Source: Octopus sinensis
Taxonomy: Eukaryota
DNA length: 32,383 nucleotides
Assembly (NCBI RefSeq): GCF_006345805.1
Contig: NW_021829586.1
Span: forward strand, 1 to 32,383
Direction of reading: 5' to 3'
Position 1 is the stretch's first letter, and every line of letters begins with the position of its first letter. Positions 22,883 through 32,383 of this stretch are shown in pieces. The notes under the pieces were generated by a model that searched no databases, had not been told where the DNA came from, and worked only from the letters and a program-made list of their open reading frames with translations. The position numbers and the translations under genes were made by a program.

Positions 22883-23589
22883 AACAACAAGAAAGAGGAG
22901 GACAAATATCGTCGAATGTAAATAATGTGAATTCTCATCATCGTAACCGACGGAGATCCTCTTAATAATCGACAAATTTCTCTTCCTGAAATATTTCTCA
23001 TCGTGTGTCTATATTTTGAAATCTGTATAAACCATGTAACAGACAGCGGATTAACGGATTATTTTAATAATAATTAAATTTGTCGCAGGGAAGAAGCAGT
23101 TGGAAATACTTTGGTAGAATAACAGGAAGTATCTGGAAGAATTTGGAAAGAGAGAGAGAGAGAGAGGGGGGGTGGAGAGAGAAACTATTGACATTTCTAT
23201 TTTTAGATTATATTTTCTTGCCCAATAAATATCGATTATTATATTTTCGCTATAAATTCCGCCCTTCAAGCTGTATGGTTCAAAAACAAAACGCGAACTG
23301 AAATGAAGATATAAAAAAAAAATACTCAACTTTTCAAAATTAAAAATTCTATAAAAAAATTGAATCAAAAGTAAAATAAAAAAATTTCAACGATATCGGT
23401 GATTAAAGAAGATATTCGATAAATGAATAATAAAGGATTAGGATAAAGATCGATTATCGAGACATCTGAATAGAATAGGGTGTTGTTTGAAGAGAAAAGA
23501 GAGAAAGGAAGGCAGTAATATACAAAAGAGAGGGCGGTGTTGGAGAGAACGATAGTGAAAAAAAAAAAACAAGAGAACAAAGGGAAAGT

Positions 23590-23799
23590 TAGCTAGATAG
23601 ATAGATTGATAAAGGTAAGGAGGGAGATAGAAATAGAGATAGAGAAAGAGAAAAGGAAAGAAAGAGAGATAGAGAGAGAGGGAGAGAGAGAGAAAGTGAG
23701 AAAGGGAAGAGAGATAACCAAGGAAGGAAAAAGCGATATGATGTGCAAACAAGCGTAAGGAGACAACATACAAACATGGACGCCTACAAACAAATACAT

Positions 23800-23830
<31 letters not shown>

Positions 23831-25088
23831 CGCACACATACACATATATATGTGAATGTATATATATGTTTATACATAAAAACATATACATACATGCATG
23901 CATACACATAATATACATATACATACATGCAGACATATATACATGCATATGTATGCATATATAACATTTATTAAGATATATATTCCCACACAAATATTCT
24001 TTCATTCTCTTTCTCACTCACACATATGTGTGCCTGTATGTGCGTGTGTGTGTGTGTGTGTATGTACTTGTATCTATATTGATGCGACGCAAATGCATAA
24101 ACAGACGTATATGTATCAGTGGTACTACGTAGGGAGAGTTTACGAAAAAAACAACAACAAAAGACGAAGACAGGTGATGTACAAAACAAACAGATGTATT
24201 AGTATAACGCTCAGGAATAGAAAAAGTCTTTTACATTTCGAGCCTACGCTCTTCTACAGAAAGGTACTATGTATACGTATATGCATAGACATGCATATAC
24301 TAACGCACATCATTCACGCAAACGTGCACATGTGCGGGTATTTGAATGTGTGCACGTGTGTAAGTGTGTGTATGCGTGTATATGTGTGAAGGAGTGTATG
24401 CAACCGCGCATGTGTGTGTGTGTTGTGCGTATGTGTGTGTGTAAAGTGCTTCTAAGTTTCCTAAAGATGGGCAAACGAGTCTCTGTGTTACTAGTTGCAC
24501 ATTGGTCTACAAGTACGACATCTTCAGTTCGCTTCCGCAACTGTTGTGTCGTTCTTTTGTTTTTTGTTTTCTTTCGCAAATTCTGATTTACAACGTACAC
24601 GCATAAACGTACACACACACACACACACACAACACACACACACAAGCACTAACACATGCATAGACGTATTCGTTCGTTAAGTGGTGAGCAAACACGAGAA
24701 GACATTAAGTAAATCAAACACGAAAATGCTTGTGTGTATGTATGTGTGTATGTATGTATGTATGTATGTATGTATGTATGTATGTATGTGTGTGTGTATG
24801 TATGTATGCATGTCTATGCATATATGTGTATATGTGTATGTATATGTATATATAGATGTATGTATGTATGCATGTGTGTATGTATGTATGTATGTATGTA
24901 TGTGTGTGTGTATGTATGTATGTGTGTGTGTATGTATGTTTCTTTACATGTCTATGCATATATATGCACATATGTGTATGTATATGTATATATAGATGTA
25001 TGTATGTATATATAATTATATATGCTATAAGTATGCATGTGTGTACGTTTGTATATATAATGTGCATATACATATATGTGCATATATA

Positions 25089-25131
<43 letters not shown>

Positions 25132-25150
25132 TATATATATATAATATATA
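23590..25150. repeat. Microsatellite fields (GA, CA/TA, TATG) with short unique spacers
   Basis: Directly visible. Confidence 0.85.
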
Positions 25151-25382
25151 TAATGTACATGTAATACATGGAAATGCTTGTGTGTATAGAGGGGTGGAGA
25201 AATAAAAGAAGAGGAGAGAATTGATAACTTTCAATATTGAAAATGAGAAAAAGAGTTCAAGGTGAAAGATAAAGCTGTAAAAGGAGATAAAGAAATGGGT
25301 CGTTTAAAGAGACTGGAGTTGTTGTGCACGTATGTAAAATTGCGGGTGCTACAGCACGCACACTCACATACACACACACACA

Positions 25383-25423
<41 letters not shown>

Positions 25424-25676
25424 TCTTTTACACATACACAGACAAAGTATACACACGTACGAATATATCTCTCACATGGCTACTCACAGAGACGTTCTCT
25501 CAAGCTCGATCTCAACCGCTTGCGCATATGTATATATTGTAAGTATTTATGATGTATATATTTATATTATTTATATATATATATACACACACGTATTACT
25601 TATCAATAAAATGACTTATATGTACATGCATTACAAACACACACACACGCACACTTAAGGGTGCAAAAGTCTTCTC

Positions 25677-25714
25677 AACCTGTTAGAGATTCATTTACCG
25701 TTCATCGGACAGTT
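25677..25714 (-). ncRNA. Degenerate hammerhead-like relic
   Basis: AACUGU CCGAUGA ACGGUAAAU GAAUC UCUA ACAGGUU; homologous to 27806-27836. Confidence 0.3.
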
Positions 25715-25805
25715 GTGATCATATTCATGCGTTTGCTCATATATATATATATATATATATAAGATATATATATATATAGTATACAGGTGTGAGTATGTTT
25801 GTGTG

Positions 25806-25880
25806 TGTGTGTAGTAAGCAGCTTGAGTCTCAAGTACATGGTTCCGTGTTCAGTCCCACCTCGTGACACCTTGAGTAAAT
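25806..25880 (+). mobile_element. SINE family A head fragment
   Basis: CATGGTTCCGTGTTCAGTCCCACCTCGTGACACCTTGAGTAAATGTCTTCTACT. Confidence 0.7.
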
Positions 25881-26095
25881 GTCTTCTACTTGGGTTTCGT
25901 TCAAACCAAACCCAGTGCATAACTTTTCCACTGTAGCCTGGATATCACTCATGTTGGTATTTTCTTTACTATGAGTTAGGCCTAGTGCCAACAACAATCG
26001 ATCCACATAGTTTTCAATGAATCATTTACATCCAAGTTCGATTGATCTAGCAAGCGGGGCCTCATCTCAGAGTCATCCAGGACTTAAACAGCTCT

Positions 26096-26280
26096 CACTG
26101 TATTTGATGGTGTATAGGATGCACGGGCATATTAGACACGCCTCACGCTCACCAATGCGTATTCAGAACAAAAAAAAGCATTTTTACATTAGAGCATGTA
26201 ATATAGGCCCAGGTTCGTATATAGGGCCCCGGACAACGTTTTGTGGAAAATGTGCATCTTATACGCTATCGAATACGGTA
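26096..26280. mobile_element. Small pogo/Tc2-like MITE with ~27-bp TIRs
   Basis: Left CTGTATTTGATGGTGTATAGGATGCAC (26098-26124); right GTGCATCTTATACGCTATCGAATACGG followed by TA (26252-26280). CCGTA-type terminus. Confidence 0.7.
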
Positions 26281-26718
26281 GTTAACTAAATCACTCTGAA
26301 CAATGGGGACGATAGGATAGATATTAAGCAGTTCGGTGATTCATGGAATCACCCAACTCCACAGGCTTTCTCCTGTATCAGGCTGTACAAACATTTAAGT
26401 AATGTTTTCTGGGCTAATGTTACTTGTAAATCGTGATTCTGTACATCCCTGAAAATAATGGCAATAACGGTAACTTAATCAACTAGCACAATGAAAATTA
26501 TTCTTTTAGATTTAGATAATGATATCATATATATATATAACCTAAATGTATTTACATTTACATAGTTTCATGTAGTTAAAATGAAAATTCGAAAAAAAAA
26601 CAACAACAACGAAAACCACAGTGAAATTCGATTTAAAACATTTTGAGAACTGTATCAGAATTAACTTGATTTAATGACATATTTTATTGTAATATGAAAT
26701 ACCTTAATGGATTCGGTA

Positions 26719-26795
<77 letters not shown>

Positions 26796-27636
26796 CTATT
26801 AATATGTATGTATTATATGTATGTATGTATAAAATCACCATGTATAATTATTTTAGATAAATACAATTGAACACTACTCAGTTTTCATAGCTTTGTGTAT
26901 TGAATATAGATTCAGAGATCAAATTCATTAACTCTACGGTTAAAATAATCACCAGCTTACGCTCAAAAACAATTAATTTCTCCAATTATCACTATTATAT
27001 TCTAAATTAAATTCATTTAAAAGCAAAAGTGATTTATATAAACAATCAATTATGAGAAATTTTAAATTAAAATTCGCAGAAAATATTGAAAGAAGTTGAA
27101 ATTTCGTGATATTGCGGGGAATTCGACTATAAATCAGAGCGATTGGCATGAAACCCTAGGTTTTCTTTCAGGTAAATAAAATGCTCTGAATTTTCTATGC
27201 TCTAGATTGTATGTGTGCTTCTTTGGAATGTATTTAAGAATTTTCTCTTTGTTAATTTAAGTCTGCCATCAGCAAAATAGCAAAGTTCTCCTGTTTAGGT
27301 TGGTAAAGGTTTTGGGGGGGTCTGTGTTTATCTGAATTGGTTGGTGGATGTGTATATACGTGTGTTGTGGAACGTTTGCACATAAAGATAAACATTTACT
27401 CGTTTAGTGGGTGTGCAGGTCACGTGACTATTCTAGTTTGTGTGTGTGTGTATGTTATGTGTGTGTGTGTGCATGCGTGTGAATCTCAGTGTGTGCTTCA
27501 TTACTGTTTCTGTTGTGTGCCTATGCATTCCATGTGTATGTGTGACTAGGTGCATATGCTCACCCAGAAAAGGAGAGTCTTTGATCTCTCTCCCGTCTGT
27601 CTGTCTGTCTGTATCTCTGTCTATATATATATTATA

Positions 27637-27711
<75 letters not shown>

Positions 27712-27872
27712 TACCGGAGTAAGCACATAAATGCGAAACAAGGTGGAAAAAGAATACCAGAGGTAGAGTAAAACGCTTTACTGAAAAGCGGCAAAAATAT
27801 CACAAAAACTGTTACTCAGAGTTTCACGTTCCTGTTCTGAGTAACATTTATTGTGATATTTTTGCTGCTGTT

Positions 27873-27877
<5 letters not shown>
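27712..27877 (-). mobile_element. Penelope-type terminal fragment ending in a fold-back through a hammerhead motif
   Basis: Arms 27788-27820 and 27836-27868 (3 mismatches in 33 bp). The minus strand retains GAAAC UCUGA GUA ACAGUU. Confidence 0.55.
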
Positions 27878-27906
<29 letters not shown>

Positions 27907-28399
27907 GCATACATACACACGCACACATACACACACGCGCTCACACACACACTCATACACATATATAGATATATATATATATATAGATAGGTAGATCTAT
28001 ACATATGTATATCACTGGAACTGTAAAGATCTATAAAACCTTCCAGAAGTTCATCATTTAAATATATATTAGCATGTCTAGATATGCAAATATAAGCACA
28101 TGCAAATATAGGCATACATAAAACATACAAATCTGCAAATACATATATACATACATACATATGTTAGTATCCAAATGAGTGAAGCAGCATTAAGTGCTTT
28201 TTGGTCAAGGAGGAGAAATGAGAGAAGACCACTATGAGGGAGGTGGGATGTAGTAGGTTAGAAGAATTTGCAAAGTAACAGTGAGAAAGAATTGTTTAGT
28301 GAAAAGGGTGGAATTAGTTGAGATGGTGATTTGCATGGCTGACCTTGTCATACCTCAATGTTAATTTTAATTAAGGATACTTATAATTATGTGATTATA

Positions 28400-29320
28400 T
28401 AAATTTATCAAAATGCGAAAATGATGAGTAGAACCTGTGTTTACTAGACAGTATTACATTTGAGAATCTATTAAGTACTGAGGGGCTGTGATAGCGAAGG
28501 ATGGTTAGTGATTCTCTTAAATATAATTTGCTCATACCGATGTTTGCGTTGTATGGAGGAGCCTCACTTACGATGAACCAGAGTAGGGTATAGGGAGATT
28601 TGAGGTTGTATATATATATAAGTTGCTAAGGAGGTTTATAATTTAGAATTTGGATCGGAGAAAGAGTACATATGTTCATGGTTGGGGCGCTTGAAATCAA
28701 CAGTGTCACCGATATAGATGCTTGCTTGGTGGGAACGTAGACTAAATTTTTACGCAGGCAGAAACCTCCAAGAGGGGAGAGTTAAGAAACCCGACAGTTG
28801 CAAGTTTTCCTCGCTACTCTGCGTTTGGAGTTTACCGCTGAGGAGGTCAAATTCCAGTGGTCAGTTTTTTAGTAAAGAAGAACCTGAAGTACAATCTATA
28901 TCCGTATTGGACTGGGAGGGAATATCACTGCTAGTATAAGTGATCACATGGGCAGAGTTGTGGAAAGATGCTTTGAGTCTGCCATTATTTAGTCGAGGTT
29001 ACTGAGGGTTTTATTCTTGCCACTAAGTGAGTTGATTTGGGGTGCAGTGTGAGAAATTGTAGGTTCCAAGGACTGGCGTTGTAGTTTACCTCTGTTAGAG
29101 GAAGCGATTATGGATCCCAAATTAGGTGTGATAGTGTAAGGGATTTTAAATGATGTTCTATCAAAGATAGGGTAGCATTTATGCTGTGGTGGGAAAATAG
29201 AGTTTAGGATAATAAAGAAAAGTTTAGTTAGAGATGTAACTTCTCCCTGCCTGTTAAATCTCTGGTTGAGTTCTTTCCCCGAAAACCTTAGCTTATCCAG
29301 AATGTCACTTAGGAATAATT
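28400..29320 (-). mobile_element. Penelope-like element relic (Neptune/Nematis-type linker plus GIY-YIG endonuclease)
   Basis: FPPQHKCYPIFDRTSFKIPYTITPNLGSIIASSN, TCNCRVS*LSPLGGFCLRKNLVY (cf. CNCR..CPL.G.CL..N.VY), IYIGDTVDFKR..H..SF, WFIVSEAPPY, LYLRESLTI, VLNRFS. Confidence 0.8.
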
Positions 29321-29574
29321 ATATATATATGTATGTATGTTTTCTTTTCTTTTTAATTTAGAGTAAAGCTTGACCTATTTGGTAGCAAAGCTGTGAAGGA
29401 AAGCGTCTCGTTTTGTTCATCGTCTTTTACATCTTGAGAAGATCTTGCAGATTTTTCTAGAACCAGATACCGTGATCACAAGTTCAGGTATCTTTCGCTC
29501 CAGGCGGTTTCGTATGTGTACCAATGATAATAGGTATGAAGATGGATGTGTATGTAGGGTACTGCAAAACTGTA

Positions 29575-30560
29575 TGTATGTCCGTACGTACTTACGTATG
29601 TATGTATGTATGTATGTATGTATGATGTATGTATGTATGTATGTATGTATGTATGTATGTATGTATGTATGTGTGTGTATGCATGTATGTATGTGTGCAT
29701 GTATGAGTGTGTACATATGTATGTATGTGTGTGTGCACGTGTGTGTGTATGTGTGTGTATGTACGTCTGCATGCATGCATGTATGTATGTATATGTATAT
29801 AAGTATGTATGAGTGTATGTATGTGTATATGTATGTATGCATGTATGTATGCATGTGTGTACGTAGGTATGTATGTATGTGTGCGCATGTGTATGTATGT
29901 GTGAATGTATGCGTGTGTATGTATGTATGTATGTATGTGTGCACGAGTGTGTGTGTATGTATGTATGTTTGTGTGAATGTACGCGTGTGTATGTATGTGT
30001 GTATGTATGTATGTATGTATGTATATATGTATGTACGCATGCATGCATGTATATATGTAAATATGTGTGTATAAGTGTATGTATGTATGTATAGATATAT
30101 GTATGCATGTATGTATGTGTGGATGTATGAGTGTGTACATATGTATGTGTGTGCACGTGTGGGTATGTATGTACATGTGAATGTATGCGTGTGTATTTAC
30201 GTATGTATGCATGCATATATGTATATATGTGTGTATGAGTTTATGTATGTATACATGTATGTATGTGTATAGGTATGTATGCATGTATGTATGTATGTAT
30301 GTATGTATGTATGTATGTATGTATGTATGTATGTATGTTTGTGTGCATGTGTGTGTATGTATATATGTATATATGCATGTATGAATGTATGCGTGTGTAT
30401 GTATGTGTGTGCATGTACGTATGTATGCATGCATGCATGCATGTATGTATGTATATGTATACATGTGTGTATGAGTGTATATATTTGTATATGTATGTAT
30501 GCATGTATGTATGTATGCATTTATGTATGTATGTATTTATGTATGTATGTATGTATGTAT
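29575..30560. repeat. ~1 kb degenerate (TATG)n satellite with internal higher-order duplications
   Basis: Directly visible; variant words recur within the array. Confidence 0.9.
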
Positions 30561-31109
30561 GGGCACTTCCTAATCGTTGGTTCCTCTCCCTCCCTACAGC
30601 GACCTCTCTAGCCCCTACCTCCCTGCCCCTACCACCCTACCTCTACCTCCCTACCCCCCTACCTCCCTACTCTCTGCCCACATGCCATAGGTCTGTCTGC
30701 TCGATCAAAGAAGACCTGGGGTTTCGCAACAATATATGATTAATCGTAAAAATTCTTCAGTAATATTTCTATTTCTCCTTAGGCTATAAATATATATTTA
30801 GAGAATTCTTCGATAGTAATATAATCGCCAAACTACAAAACCGTAGACATGTTATGTAGTAAGCAGAAGGTCAATACTTGTCGGAAATGAATATAGACGA
30901 ATGAATCGATATATGTATATTATTGATTATTTTATATATATTTTTCTGTATTTTTTTCGTTTTTGTTTTTAATTTGGTACATGTGTATATTTGTGTTTTG
31001 ATTTAGAATCACGGAGAAATTATAGCAGAAAAGGCGATAAATTGACTCATGTTTATTACTATTATGTATAATTATGTGATAACGGTTCAATAACGGATTT
31101 ATCGATTAT

Positions 31110-31225
31110 TACGCCGAGGTTAAAGATGTGGTGCTGACGATTTTAAGATCGTGGGTTCGGTTCCCGCGCAGCGATTTATATCAGTGAACAAAAATCCTTC
31201 ATTTCACATTATTGCAGTTCGTTCA
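31110..31225 (+). mobile_element. Degenerate SINE head (20499-type)
   Basis: GATTTTAAGATCGTGGGTTCGGTTCCC followed by TTCATTTCACATT. Confidence 0.45.
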
Positions 31226-31712
31226 ACAAAGTTATTGGCTACAATACAAAACTGGAGCTGTTGAAGATATTGGTCCGACCAGTATTACTCTACGGATGTG
31301 AAAACTGGAAAGTGACAACAATGGAAGAAATAGCAATGGACAGCTTCCGTTCCACAAGCTTATAGAGAATACTCGACATCAAGTGGCCGGAAAATGTCCG
31401 AAATTTCACGATTCAGACGACACGGGGCAACAACCGGATCAGTGATGAAATACGACGCAGACGCTAGAATGGGAGCGGACATATCCTCAGACAAAGATCG
31501 AAAATACGGTTGATTGGTGACGCTAAAGTGGAAGCCCGAGAGGAAAAGAGCAGCAGGGTACCCTAAAACCACATGGGGAAGGACCATTGACAAGGAAAAG
31601 AGGCGAAAAGGTTGGGGAAGCTGGAATAAGACTAGGACAGTGGAATAAGAAACAGAGCTGGTTGGGGAGATTGTGTTGTGGCCTCATGTATTACATGGTA
31701 TGGAGAGAATTA
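31225..31712 (+). mobile_element. RTE-clade LINE 3' end
   Basis: TKLELLKILVRPVLLYGCENW, RILDIKWPENVRN, ISDEIRRRR*.GSGHILR, KWKPERKRAAGYPKTTW, NRAGWGDCVVASC, then a simple-repeat tail. Confidence 0.9.
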
Positions 31713-31797
31713 ACCAACTAATTAACTAACTACTAACTAACTATCTATCTGTCTGCCTATCTGTCTGTCAGTCTGTCTGTCTGTCTGTCTGTCTGCC

Positions 31798-31887
<90 letters not shown>

Positions 31888-31910
31888 GCTAGCTAGCTAG
31901 CTAACCAACT
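31713..31910. repeat. Compound (AACT)(TCTA)(TCTG)(TCTA)(AGCT) microsatellite
   Basis: Directly visible. Confidence 0.9.
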
Positions 31911-31911
31911 A

Positions 31912-31995
31912 ACTTACCAGTTCACCCAAAAAATGAGTAGCAGCCGAATGCCGGAAGTGGCGCGAGGAGTTGTCCTGGTCATTGATTGGCGTTAA
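31912..31995 (-). promoter_or_regulatory. Candidate promoter/first exon: CCAAT box, E2F-like GGCGCG, ETS site, consensus 5' splice donor
   Basis: Plus-strand ATTGG 31985-31989, GGCGCGA 31959-31965, CCGGAAGTG 31951-31959; minus-strand CTG|GTAAGT with last exon base 31918. Confidence 0.4.
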
Positions 31996-32255
31996 TGTTT
32001 GGAGGAAGAAGCTTTTTTTCTTTTTGTTTTTACAGGTTAGAGTAGTAACTGTCCGACTGTCTATCTTCGCTATAGAAAGACTATCACGATAAGAAAATAA
32101 TGACGAGTGGGGATGAAATAGGCTTTTAGAGTGACACGGATCTAGCCTTTCAAGGTTAACATAGGTATGATTGAAGTTCAGTTCAAGAACGATACGCCAT
32201 GCCTCACTTCTCCACTCAGCCCCCCTTAACCTGTACACGATAATAATATCATAAT

Positions 32256-32383
32256 AGCAGCACGTTGGCAGAATCTATTGGATGTCGAAATCAATGTGTC
32301 TTTGCATAAAGTTATACTAATTTACGTTAAGAATTTAAATCCTGCTAAGATGGATGTTGCTCGTCTTATTTTTCGGAGCCGGT
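32256..32383 (+). mobile_element. Degenerate SINE family C, truncated by the window end
   Basis: GTTGGCAGAATC...TTACGTTAAGAATTTAAATCCTGCTAAGATGG resembles 17583-17680. Confidence 0.4.

Noticed and set aside
32036-32160. Plus-strand exon after ttttgtttttacag
   Set aside because: Stops in all frames within 19 codons.
31909-32238. 109-aa ORF
   Set aside because: No recognisable domain; it crosses a poly-A tract and a promoter-like motif cluster. Only the terminal donor is informative.

Overview
AT-rich animal DNA packed with microsatellites. The interspersed repeats resemble those I recognise from Octopus (coleoid cephalopod); this is an inference, not checked against a database. I found no intact protein-coding gene. 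Nearly all ORFs in the supplied track are translations of microsatellites or decayed transposons. The window is a layered transposon graveyard. Non-LTR relics: a CR1/Jockey-type LINE 3' half (130-1375), a ~3.2 kb R4/Dong-clade RT plus restriction-like endonuclease relic (15725-18935), an RTE 3' end (31225-31712) and a Penelope-like GIY-YIG relic (28400-29320). DNA transposon relics: DD37D Tc1/mariner, pogo/Tigger and two MITEs. There are also about 15 tRNA-derived SINE copies from several families. Most notable: (i) five hammerhead-ribozyme-like motifs in Penelope-type termini, two of them in fold-back palindromes; (ii) a 68-bp higher-order minisatellite of hairpin units sitting inside the R4 ORF; (iii) a ~96% identical inverted local copy of an already decayed LINE; (iv) a LINE and several SINEs sharing one 3' tail, with modular SINE head/tail swapping; (v) a multi-hairpin unique island at 21.3-21.5 kb; (vi) a candidate minus-strand promoter/first exon at 31.9 kb with scattered candidate exons, so much of the window may be intronic.
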